Positions 35,352 through 44,296 of a stretch of DNA of 64,000 bases are shown piece after piece. The stretch spans positions 1 to 64,000 of the IMG/VR virus record IMGVR_UViG_3300030099_007533; one strand, 5' to 3'. Source of the DNA: a virus. Each line of letters starts with the position of its first letter. Within the stretch, counting starts at the first letter, position 1. The notes below the pieces were generated by a model. It searched no databases. It saw only the letters and a list, made by a program, of their open reading frames with translations, and was not told where the DNA came from. The position numbers were made by a program, and so were the translations under genes.

Positions 35352-35752
35352 TCTTCAACCTCAACGATCTCCAAGCCAAACTCATCGGCTAAAGTATGTA
35401 ACCTTTCTTCTTCGGGCATAGCAACGATCTCTTTTATTCTTTTCTTTTCTTCTTTCTTGACTTTTTCGCCTGCTTGTTTTCGCTCTTCTTCAAGTGTTTC
35501 TACAGCAACCTTAAAATCTTCAGTTGCTCTTTCTTTCTCTACTCTTTCCTGCTTGTGAGTTTCGTTTATAACTTTTAGTTCTTTTTCGTTTTGTTTTGCC
35601 TTCTCTTCGTAAAGACCACCTAAAACATCTTTATCAAATAGAAAAAACTTGTGGAGCACAAAACCTAATGCGATTAGTGCTCCAACCCACCAATAATTTT
35701 TAATGTAAAACCAAGCTTTTTGTAGGATTTGTTTAGCTATTAACCAGTTCAT
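35348..35752 (-). CDS. Membrane-anchored coiled-coil protein (i-spanin-like candidate)
   Basis: N-terminal hydrophobic helix YWWVGALIALGFVLHKFFLF, then a charged coiled coil; overlaps the next gene by ATGA. Confidence 0.5.
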   Translation of the reverse strand: MNWLIAKQILQKAWFYIKNYWWVGALIALGFVLHKFFLFDKDVLGGLYEEKAKQNEKELKVINETHKQERVEKERATEDFKVAVETLEEERKQAGEKVKKEEKKRIKEIVAMPEEERLHTLADEFGLEIVEVEE

Positions 35753-36621
35753 TATGCCTCGTATCTAGCTTCGTCCCAGCCATCTTGAATTGCTTTTATA
35801 ATTTCATCTTCACTGGGGTTTTTGTTTTTATTTAACAGACTTCTTAATTGAGAGTGAGCAAACTGTATCTCTTTTCCGTATGGATTCTCGTTTGGGTTAA
35901 GTTTTTCTTTATCATCTTCATCTTCAAGAGCATTCTTCCAATTATCAGTATAAAGTCTCTCTTCTTCGGACTTTTCATCAGCTAACAATGGACTATCTTC
36001 TGGTAGGACAAAGTAAAAACCTTTTTCAGCATAATTATTTCTATCCATTGGCATTTCAACACCATCGATTTCTGTGCTGCCGGGGAAAGCAGTGATTAGA
36101 GATATAATTTGCTTACCATCAAGTTTGCCCACATTGCCTGTAACTAAAGTCATTTTTTTAGTTGGTTTTCTTTCGCCAGCAGTAATTTTTACATTTTCTT
36201 GTCTTTCACCGGGCATTGTATAATCTTTCATAGCAGAAACTTTTTCAGGGTTTGCCTTCTCAACACCCATTTTACCAACTTCTTCATCGACTTCCACACC
36301 GAGCCACTTAACCCTGTCGCCCGTTTCAGATGGCTCTTTGCTTAATAAATTTTTTATTGTATCTTTTAGATCAATATCATCTTTAAATAGAGATCCCGGT
36401 GCATCGGCATCCATATGTCTATTTTTAATGTGCTTTAAAGAATCAGGACTATAAAATAAAACATAATTACCGCCCTCAATCATATTGTCAGCAGTAGCTT
36501 CAAGTTTAACCACATCTCTTAGAAAGGTATTGCTATTAATAAGCTTTTGTGCTTTGTCATAATCTACTTGCTCTGCTAAGAACCTATTAAAGTTCTCCAT
36601 TATGAGTTTCATACTTTTCAT
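35752..36621 (-). CDS. Putative toxin-type RNase domain protein with a capsid-targeting-like leader
   Basis: SLKHIKNRH.....GSLF and ISLITAFP motifs; leader MKSMKLIMENFNRFLAE. Confidence 0.45.
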   Translation of the reverse strand: MKSMKLIMENFNRFLAEQVDYDKAQKLINSNTFLRDVVKLEATADNMIEGGNYVLFYSPDSLKHIKNRHMDADAPGSLFKDDIDLKDTIKNLLSKEPSETGDRVKWLGVEVDEEVGKMGVEKANPEKVSAMKDYTMPGERQENVKITAGERKPTKKMTLVTGNVGKLDGKQIISLITAFPGSTEIDGVEMPMDRNNYAEKGFYFVLPEDSPLLADEKSEEERLYTDNWKNALEDEDDKEKLNPNENPYGKEIQFAHSQLRSLLNKNKNPSEDEIIKAIQDGWDEARYEA

Positions 36622-36644
36622 TTTATGTTTCCCTAATAGTTTTA

Positions 36645-36971
36645 TTATTTGGCTAGTAGTTGATCGATCTTTTGTTCGATGCTATCAAGTCTTTCTTCCA
36701 CTGACATATCAGCCTTGTCTGTGGAGTCGTCGGGTGCCGGTGTTTTTTTCTGGGCTGCTTTATCTGAAGCAGCCGCATTTAAATCGACAGCCCACTGACA
36801 CTTCTGAGCCAGAGCTTGGTTGAAGGCTTTTTGGTCGCCGCCGTAGTATCCCTGTGGATTGCTGTAACCTTCCGCCTCGGCTTGATCATATCTAGCCTTA
36901 AGCTCTTCACAACTCACTGCGGCGATCTCTTCTTTAATCAGTTTTTTTAAATAATCTTTTGTAACTTTCAT
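36645..36971 (-). CDS. Hypothetical protein with a MKVTKDYLKKLIKEE leader
   Basis: 108 aa; C-terminal short coiled coil VEERLDSIEQKIDQLL. Confidence 0.6.
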   Translation of the reverse strand: MKVTKDYLKKLIKEEIAAVSCEELKARYDQAEAEGYSNPQGYYGGDQKAFNQALAQKCQWAVDLNAAASDKAAQKKTPAPDDSTDKADMSVEERLDSIEQKIDQLLAK

Positions 36972-36974
36972 TGT

Positions 36975-37169
36975 TTATTTCCCCTTAAAACGGGCTACAA
37001 CATCAACGAAGCCCTGTGTGCCGACATATGCTGTGGCGATGATGATCCACTGCTCTGAATCGACCTTCTCTGCTAAGAGTAATCCTGTTGTTGTTAGCCA
37101 TACCAAAAGTTTCTTTGATACGAATCTTTCTAAGTGCCTATCGGCAAATGCTTTTACTGCTGCCACCAT
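36975..37169 (-). CDS. Small membrane protein, holin-like
   Basis: Start at MVAAVKAF (37169, AGAGGA SD); SKKLLVW..., two short hydrophobic segments, basic C-terminus. Confidence 0.55.
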   Translation of the reverse strand: MVAAVKAFADRHLERFVSKKLLVWLTTTGLLLAEKVDSEQWIIIATAYVGTQGFVDVVARFKGK

Positions 37170-37189
37170 TTTATCCTCTCTGGTTATAA

Positions 37190-37252
37190 TTAACCGCAGC
37201 AGCAATCGCAGCCGCAGTCCTTTTCACATTTACAATTATCACATCCACACAT
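37190..37252 (-). CDS. Metallothionein-like micropeptide (20 aa, 9 Cys)
   Basis: Hand translation MCGCDNCKCEKDCGCDCCCG; GAGGA SD 7 nt upstream, overlapping the SbcDC stop codon. Confidence 0.7.
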   Translation of the reverse strand: MCGCDNCKCEKDCGCDCCCG

Positions 37253-37262
37253 TTTTTTATCC

Positions 37263-40200
37263 TCATTGATTAACAAATGCGTATCCGTCATCTGTTTTAG
37301 AGATTTCGACTGTCATATCGACAATATCTTTCAAACTCTCTATGTGAGTAATTAGTAGCGTAACATCAAAATATCCTTTTACAAGATCTAAGATCCTGAC
37401 GAATCCTTCCATATTCTCAGCGTCCAACGCAGTTCCCGGTTCGTCAAGGATAAACAAGTTGCTCTTCGGCATATTGCTCACATTTAGTAAAGCAATTCTG
37501 ATGGCAACAGCAGCAAGTGTTTTCTCTGCACCTGAGCAAGTTTCAAGTTGTCGTGGGTCATGCTTTGGGTGTTTGATTAGAATATTTAATTTGTTCTCGC
37601 TATTCTCAAAGAATACCTCAAAGTCAACAATGTTAGACAACACTTTCGCAATCTCTGTGTTGATGACTGGTAAAGCCTTCTTGATAACATCAAAAGCAAT
37701 GCCGTTGGAATGCATACACCTCATAAAGAGATCATAAGCTGAATATTCTGTGTTTAATCTAATCTTTTCCTCTTTAAGTTCTTTTAAGTTTTCTAACTTT
37801 TGTTCCAAAGCCCCTTCTTTACCAACGAGAGTATAAATTCTTTCTTCGCAATCCTGTATCTCCTGTTCGGTTCTTTCCTTGTTGGTTTTTGCCAACTCCA
37901 ACTCTGATACAACTTTTTCCATATTCTCCAAGACTTCTTTATGTTCTTCATAATAGTCTACTGTCTCATTTAGTTGTTTTGTTTCCCCTTCTAATTTTTG
38001 TATAGACGAGTTGGTTCTTTCTAAGTGCAAATTTAGATTAGTTAAATTAGATTGTTCATCCTTTGACTTATCAGACAGTCTTGACCAATTGTCAATTGTT
38101 TTGCTGACCTTATCAATATCAATGTTGGATAATTCACCTGAATTTAGTTCAAGCTTCTCTTCCACCTCAGATAAAACCTTCTTTGTAATTGAAAGATCCT
38201 GTTTTGCTCCGTGCGCATCCTTGATGAACTTGCAAGTGGTTAAATACTGTTCGCCACAAGGAATATCCGTTAATATTTTAATTTGGCGAAGGCTTGTTTC
38301 CCTTTCTTTCTCTTGACGTTCTTGTTCTTGTAGCAGCCTCTCAACTTTATTCTGCAACTCATCGGCTTCTTCTTTCTGCCTATTGAGACTTAAAATATCA
38401 ATTGTCTCCAAGAGTGTACTTGCCTTCTCTAAAAATTCTTCTTTTTGTTTGATTTCTTTTGTTAGGGTTCTAACTTTATTTTTTAAAACTTTTTTATTTT
38501 CTCCAAGACTTTCCAACTGCTCTCTTACTTTGCGAATAGAAATTGGTTTTTCTGGAATTTGAGAGAGTTTTTCCTCTAACGCTGCAATATTTTCTTCAAC
38601 TGTGCTTAAATTTTCTTTGAGATCTGAGCAGTGATTCTTTTGTCTTGCGACTGCTGTCCCTGCCTTAAAAATATCATTTTTTGTCTTCTTGATGTCGTCA
38701 TCATAATTAACATCTTGAACCCTGCGAAGTGCTCCTCGTAGATCAGCAGCATCTTCCTTAGCCAACTTAAACTTCCTCTCAAAGAACTCCAAGTCAAGGA
38801 ACTTTGCTAAAATTTCTTTACGACGAGTTGAACCTTCGCTAATGAAAGATAAGGCACCAAGCTGAGAAGACATAGAAGTGTTTAGGAAATCATCTAAATC
38901 TCCAAACACATTGCGGATCGCTTTATCTGTACTACCTCTGGCAGTCTGATTTAGAGAGCCGACCTCGCCCGATACTTGGTCCACATAGTCAAAGTCCGCT
39001 TGCGTTTTAGCCTCGTTTGTAACTTTGCCTTTAAGCTTCTTAACGTATTTATCTGACCTGCGACTAATCTGATAAGTTTTATTGTTAGCTTCAATCTCCA
39101 CCACACCAGATCCATAATCTTTGTTTTGATTGATAATGTTGTATGTTTTTCTAATATTTTTAGAGGTGTTATTATAAATTGTATAAAGCAATGCATCAAT
39201 AACGCTAGACTTTCCACTGTAGTTCTTACCAAAAATTCCAACAGTGCCAGACAATTTATCAAAATCAATAGAATTACCTTCTCCGTAATTGAATAAATTA
39301 TCCCAACTAAACTTTTTAATACGCCAATGAACGTTGCGGGAAATGTCTTCACTCTCTTCAACAACTTTGTTGTACTTTGAATTAAGAGTGAAGACTTCAT
39401 TGAGGGTTTCCTCCGTTACATTGTAGTCTTTAAGGTACTCTTTAATTAGGTCTTGTTGTGTCTTCTCGTCTCGTAAGTTTTCAAACAATTCTGTATCAAC
39501 ACGATCTTCCACCGATAAATCGCCGCTGTTGGCTTTATTTAAGAAAGTGATACTCTCGGGCTTAAATCGATGCTTCGCGATGTCTACAGCCCTTCTCAGC
39601 CGTTCTAAGGCTATGTTAGACTTAGACACCAAACGAAGTCTCGCACCATCTGGACATTTAAAGCCTTTTGGAATTCTACCCGTCTTTGTTAAGTTGATTG
39701 TAATAAAAGGTTTTGGGTTTACAAAGTCAAACTTTTCTCTTGTAAATTCTGTCTTTGACTTAATATCCCAGATAAACATACCCTTATCTTGGGTTTCACC
39801 AAAGTTTTGTTGGATAGTTGAACCAGCATAGGCAATTGTGCCTTCTTTGTTTAGAACCTGTGTTTTGTGAATATCGCCAAGCATTGAATAATCGCAATCA
39901 TCAAAGATTGAAATGTCGTGCTCCCCGTGTTCCATAACAAAACCAATATCTGTTCGGCTATATTTGATCGCGCCGTGATAAAGTCCAATGTTAATCTTGT
40001 CAGGATTGCTTGGCTTGACCCAATTTTCTTCATCAAATACTGATAAGGTGTTAAGACAAAACTCATCATTCAAGTGAGTTTCGCCTGCGTTCTTTAATAG
40101 ATGTAGGCTTGGATGGTTCAGAGCGTCTACAATCGGTGTAATGGCATCTTGGCGGTAAGAATTACGCAAATTACCATCGTGATTGCCCAAAATAACGTAA

Positions 40201-40418
40201 GTTGGGGCAATATCTGCCATATTTTTGAGAAAATCAGAGCATAATTCAACAAATTCTGGTGAAATTTGTGTCTTTGTATGGGCAATATCACCGCAATGGA
40301 TGATATAATCAACCTTCTGATCCTTCAAAGTTTGGTATAACTGTTGAAAAACAGCCTTATATTCTTTGTGATATTTTAAATTTTTTATGTGTGTATCTGC
40401 TATATGGGCAAATTTCAT
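37263..40418 (-). CDS. Fused Mre11/SbcD nuclease - Rad50/SbcC ATPase (gp47-gp46 fusion)
   Basis: N-terminal phosphoesterase motifs ADTH, CGD, GNHD, YHG and GDIH; then Walker A GKNYSGKS, coiled coil, signature CSGAEK and Walker B ILDEP; one uninterrupted 1051-aa frame. Confidence 0.92.
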   Translation of the reverse strand: MKFAHIADTHIKNLKYHKEYKAVFQQLYQTLKDQKVDYIIHCGDIAHTKTQISPEFVELCSDFLKNMADIAPTYVILGNHDGNLRNSYRQDAITPIVDALNHPSLHLLKNAGETHLNDEFCLNTLSVFDEENWVKPSNPDKINIGLYHGAIKYSRTDIGFVMEHGEHDISIFDDCDYSMLGDIHKTQVLNKEGTIAYAGSTIQQNFGETQDKGMFIWDIKSKTEFTREKFDFVNPKPFITINLTKTGRIPKGFKCPDGARLRLVSKSNIALERLRRAVDIAKHRFKPESITFLNKANSGDLSVEDRVDTELFENLRDEKTQQDLIKEYLKDYNVTEETLNEVFTLNSKYNKVVEESEDISRNVHWRIKKFSWDNLFNYGEGNSIDFDKLSGTVGIFGKNYSGKSSVIDALLYTIYNNTSKNIRKTYNIINQNKDYGSGVVEIEANNKTYQISRRSDKYVKKLKGKVTNEAKTQADFDYVDQVSGEVGSLNQTARGSTDKAIRNVFGDLDDFLNTSMSSQLGALSFISEGSTRRKEILAKFLDLEFFERKFKLAKEDAADLRGALRRVQDVNYDDDIKKTKNDIFKAGTAVARQKNHCSDLKENLSTVEENIAALEEKLSQIPEKPISIRKVREQLESLGENKKVLKNKVRTLTKEIKQKEEFLEKASTLLETIDILSLNRQKEEADELQNKVERLLQEQERQEKERETSLRQIKILTDIPCGEQYLTTCKFIKDAHGAKQDLSITKKVLSEVEEKLELNSGELSNIDIDKVSKTIDNWSRLSDKSKDEQSNLTNLNLHLERTNSSIQKLEGETKQLNETVDYYEEHKEVLENMEKVVSELELAKTNKERTEQEIQDCEERIYTLVGKEGALEQKLENLKELKEEKIRLNTEYSAYDLFMRCMHSNGIAFDVIKKALPVINTEIAKVLSNIVDFEVFFENSENKLNILIKHPKHDPRQLETCSGAEKTLAAVAIRIALLNVSNMPKSNLFILDEPGTALDAENMEGFVRILDLVKGYFDVTLLITHIESLKDIVDMTVEISKTDDGYAFVNQ

Positions 40419-41353
40419 GCAACCTCTTCTATTAACTGATACAGAAAGTTTAATCCCCCCATATCAGTTGCGTTTTCTATCCTCTCTTCTACAACTTCTC
40501 TTGGCATTGTGGCAATGTCCTCATAACCAGAAGTATCAACCTTTTTAACATCAATGCCATAATTCAAAAATAACTCAATTATTTTTTTCTCTTTTTTATG
40601 TGCGTCTTCATCCAACGCAATATAAACTGGTGTCCTATTCTCAACAATCCTTTCAAACAATAAATGATCCGACTTAATTGTTGACCCCAAAATTGGAATT
40701 GCGTTCTGTCCCACACGCATTGCATCAAAAACACCCTCAACGATTATTATAGGACGATTAAAGTTGATTGTCAACTCGTTAAAAATCATTGAAGACTTTG
40801 ATACTTTTGGGTTCTTATATTTTGGAAAGTCATTAGCGTAAGTTCTGGCAATAAAATAATTTAAATCGCCTTGTTCATCAAATGAGGGGACAATAACTCT
40901 ACCTTTATACTCGCCTTTTGTGCAAACGCCAGCTTTCATCCTAAAAATCTGATCGTCGTCGTAACCGCGCTTACGCATATATTTTAATGCTCTTTGCCTA
41001 TGATAAGATCTGCCGGGTGCAAATAAAGGAACAAACCCCTCTGGTAGAAAGATAGTTTCTTTTTTAACTTCTACTTTTTCTCCATAAAGAATAAACTCAA
41101 TGTTCTCAAAATTTAATTCACGATCCAAGCCCCAATCTTTAAGGTCTTCTGTTGTTCCGAACTTCTTTACCAGAAAATCAATGGATCTGCCAGATGAATC
41201 ACAAACCCAACACTTCCATACGTTTTTGTCAAGGTTGACGGACATTTTCTTTTTGTGGTGATCACAAAAAGGACAAGAGAACAACATCTCATTGTTGCTC
41301 TCATAATAATCGCCCAATATCTTTCTTAAGATTTTTTGTTCTTTTGTTGCCAT
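40415..41353 (-). CDS. DNA primase (DnaG type)
   Basis: CPFC...CWVC zinc finger, PKYKNP, TOPRIM IIVEGVFDA and ALDED. Confidence 0.9.
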   Translation of the reverse strand: MATKEQKILRKILGDYYESNNEMLFSCPFCDHHKKKMSVNLDKNVWKCWVCDSSGRSIDFLVKKFGTTEDLKDWGLDRELNFENIEFILYGEKVEVKKETIFLPEGFVPLFAPGRSYHRQRALKYMRKRGYDDDQIFRMKAGVCTKGEYKGRVIVPSFDEQGDLNYFIARTYANDFPKYKNPKVSKSSMIFNELTINFNRPIIIVEGVFDAMRVGQNAIPILGSTIKSDHLLFERIVENRTPVYIALDEDAHKKEKKIIELFLNYGIDVKKVDTSGYEDIATMPREVVEERIENATDMGGLNFLYQLIEEVA

Positions 41354-41856
41354 GTATCAAAACCAGCTTTGGCAATCACCCAACTATCTGCCTTATCATA
41401 ACTGTCTGGGCGTGGATTACCTTTGTTGGTATATTCTACTACAAACTGTGGCTCGTTGTCAAGCACAAATTGAAGTACAACTGGCTTGGCTTTAGTACCT
41501 CTTGGTACTTTTATCCCACAAATTCGCCTAGCTGAGACCGCAGCAAGGTACTCTGGTTCTAATTTAAATAAAGTAAAACAAATCCAACTAATCACGCCAT
41601 TAAAGCGTGAAAGCGTTGAAAGAGTTTGTGCAGATGAAAATCCCGATCTAAACGACTGTAAAGACTGTTCTATGTATATCTCTTGAACCGCGTAGGATTG
41701 TCTCAGAGAGATTAATTTCTCCTCAACCACCCCTACTTTGGTAAAAAAGTTTTTGTACTTTCTTGTGTCAATAGAGCCGTATTCTACAAGATTTCCACTG
41801 CCATCAAGGACTGTGTATCCTGTGATGCTGGTTGAAATATCTAATCCTAATATCAT
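41326..41856 (-). CDS. RuvC-like Holliday junction resolvase
   Basis: ILGLDISTSITGY, IYIEQ and DKADSWVIA acidic catalytic pattern. Confidence 0.82.
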   Translation of the reverse strand: MILGLDISTSITGYTVLDGSGNLVEYGSIDTRKYKNFFTKVGVVEEKLISLRQSYAVQEIYIEQSLQSFRSGFSSAQTLSTLSRFNGVISWICFTLFKLEPEYLAAVSARRICGIKVPRGTKAKPVVLQFVLDNEPQFVVEYTNKGNPRPDSYDKADSWVIAKAGFDTWQQKNKKS

Positions 41857-43196
41857 AAATCTATTTTTAACTTAAAGGTGTAATCTGTGCTATTTGTTTT
41901 AGTCACAGGTTTTGCTAATTTAGCAGTTCCTATAAGTATATCATTATCATCATAAATATTAACCTTTGTTATGAAAGTTTGATCCTGATATGATGCAGAA
42001 TAGTTTGCAAACGAGCTTGAGATTGTATTTTTAACCTCTATATATTCTTTTTCACGATAAACCGTAGAACCCGTTTCTGCAACAGCAATTTCTTGATAAG
42101 TTGATCCTGTTGCAAAGTTTCTATCCACATATGTTAAATTATTGCTCCAGTTAAATTCATTTTTATCTGCGTGTGCAAACATTGTAAGAGTTGGAATAGT
42201 GTTTGTGCCCTTAAATTTCAATTCATATGATGAAGATACTGGCGCATAGCTTTGGGAAAAAACAGAGTCGGTCGGCTGAATGAAAGATTCATATGCTCCA
42301 AAATGTGCCCATTTTGGGTTATCTTTCCAAGCGTCTTGAAGTGTCACTGCGCCGGGTCCTTTTATCGTTGTGGATGTACCTGTAACCGGACATAAATATC
42401 CATCTTGCACTGAACTGTCAAGACTATAATTACCTGTTAATAGTAAAATGCCCTCTTCGTATAAAACTGTTCCGACCACCCCATTAGTTCTTGGTCCGAG
42501 TGTCTCAATTATTTCACCATTTCTTTTGTTATCTTTAGCTGTTCCAATAAGTGTCCCAGTAACATAAAAATTAAGTTCTAACGAACCGGGCTTAATTCTT
42601 TGAGCTTTAAATATTTCTGGAAATGAAAATAGCGCCATGTATTTTTGGCGTGGGGATGCCGCCCCCTCTATACTTGCTGCATTTGGAACTATATCTCCCA
42701 ATATATAAAATTTCTTAAAATCAAATTTGGGACTACGCACCCTACCATAGTCCATTACATTTTCAATAGCTATGAATTTGTGTACTGTATTCCTACTCGA
42801 AACTCCATCAATAATATCAAATCCGTTATAAGGGGCTGAACCATTTCCTATCAATCTCTCTCTGGTGACAAAAGACGTGAACGGGTATGCACCTGTAATT
42901 TGTGTGCCTGCGGCGAGTTCCAAATACTCATTAGTCTCTATTGTCCCAGTGACGTTATTGAAAACAAAATCATTTAAATTTTCACCTTTAATAATGAAAG
43001 GTTGAATTAAGTCACTCCCTTGAATCCTGTCAACATTAAGCTCGTATAAAGAAATCGAACCACTTTGGACTCTATTGCCATCAGTTTGTCTGTTGTTAAT
43101 ATAAGATTGGTTAAAATAATATTTAAGAGTGTTTTGCGGATATGTTTTTACTGTATTGTAAAATATATCATCTGGTCCAAATTTCTTTTTTGGCAT
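41853..43196 (-). CDS. Virion baseplate/fibre-attachment protein
   Basis: RIKPGSLEL, GTVLYEEG and C-terminal FITKVNIYDDNDILIGTAKLAKPV; paralog of 43208-44284. Confidence 0.6.
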   Translation of the reverse strand: MPKKKFGPDDIFYNTVKTYPQNTLKYYFNQSYINNRQTDGNRVQSGSISLYELNVDRIQGSDLIQPFIIKGENLNDFVFNNVTGTIETNEYLELAAGTQITGAYPFTSFVTRERLIGNGSAPYNGFDIIDGVSSRNTVHKFIAIENVMDYGRVRSPKFDFKKFYILGDIVPNAASIEGAASPRQKYMALFSFPEIFKAQRIKPGSLELNFYVTGTLIGTAKDNKRNGEIIETLGPRTNGVVGTVLYEEGILLLTGNYSLDSSVQDGYLCPVTGTSTTIKGPGAVTLQDAWKDNPKWAHFGAYESFIQPTDSVFSQSYAPVSSSYELKFKGTNTIPTLTMFAHADKNEFNWSNNLTYVDRNFATGSTYQEIAVAETGSTVYREKEYIEVKNTISSSFANYSASYQDQTFITKVNIYDDNDILIGTAKLAKPVTKTNSTDYTFKLKIDL

Positions 43197-43207
43197 TTTT
43201 TCATCTC

Positions 43208-44284
43208 TTAGTAGTCCAATCTTACACGAATTGTCAAATCATTTGAAGGAGTTTTCTTAATTGGTTCGCTCAACTTAGCTGTTGCGACCAAAGCTCCATC
43301 GGCGGCATATAAGCCAACCGCTGTGATATAAGAAATAGGAGAATTCTCTGGATTGTTCTCTTTAACTCTAATTTGACTTGCTGATAAGTATGTGGGGTTA
43401 GAACTAAAATTAAATTCACCCGCGCCCGCCCGACAGAAGTACACTGTTGAATTCAACTCTGTTGAGTTGTTAAACTCAATATTATTAATTCTTTTTCTTA
43501 GAGCATCAGCAAGCTGTTCAATTGTACCTGATTCAATACTGCCGGTATAGGTCAAATGTTGGGGTGAAGTTGTTGAGGATTTCACCCACTTAATGTGATC
43601 CGCGCCGCCTGTTTGGGGTTTGCCAGCAAGATTTATGGTTGCAGATAAGTCAAGAACAGCAACACCAGCTTGATAATAAATTATTCCCAATGCATCGTTG
43701 TTCTCAGCCGCCGAGTCTGTTGTAGAAGAACCACTTCTTAAAATACCATATTCGCCTGCTGGTGAGTTAGTATCATTAAAAGAAGATGTCGCGCCATAAT
43801 CACCAATATGAAAAAGGTGGAGGTGCGGATTATAGTAATCGGTGCCAAGACCAAGCGTAAGTCTAAAAGTTCCTTTTTGGATTTCATCCTTACCAAGAAG
43901 TCTTGCAAGATTAATAAAACCGGGAGTTTGAATAACGGTTGCTGTCTCATCATATGAACCAGACACCTTAAAGGGGGTAACCGAAGCAGTCACGTCATAG
44001 CCGTATAATACCTGAGCCATTTCATGATATATATTTGCTTTTTCAACGCTCTGGGATGCAACAGTCTGACTATTGATACCATATGTAATATCAAAAATAT
44101 GGTTTGCAGAAGAACTTAAAAAGGGATAATCGTAGACAGATTGAAACATTCCATGGGAATAATTTTTAATGTTGTCATCATTATAAGTTCCTGAGAGCAA
44201 ACTTCCAGTAACTGGAATTGTCTCATGTAACAAAGTTTTAAGTGTTGTTATTTCTTCATTTTTAAGTGGTTTTAATGTGCTCAT
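43208..44284 (-). CDS. Virion baseplate/fibre-attachment protein
   Basis: EIQKGTFRL, GIIYYQAG and C-terminal YITAVGLYAADGALVATAKLSEPIKK. Confidence 0.6.
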   Translation of the reverse strand: MSTLKPLKNEEITTLKTLLHETIPVTGSLLSGTYNDDNIKNYSHGMFQSVYDYPFLSSSANHIFDITYGINSQTVASQSVEKANIYHEMAQVLYGYDVTASVTPFKVSGSYDETATVIQTPGFINLARLLGKDEIQKGTFRLTLGLGTDYYNPHLHLFHIGDYGATSSFNDTNSPAGEYGILRSGSSTTDSAAENNDALGIIYYQAGVAVLDLSATINLAGKPQTGGADHIKWVKSSTTSPQHLTYTGSIESGTIEQLADALRKRINNIEFNNSTELNSTVYFCRAGAGEFNFSSNPTYLSASQIRVKENNPENSPISYITAVGLYAADGALVATAKLSEPIKKTPSNDLTIRVRLDY

Positions 44285-44296
44285 TATTATTTCCTA

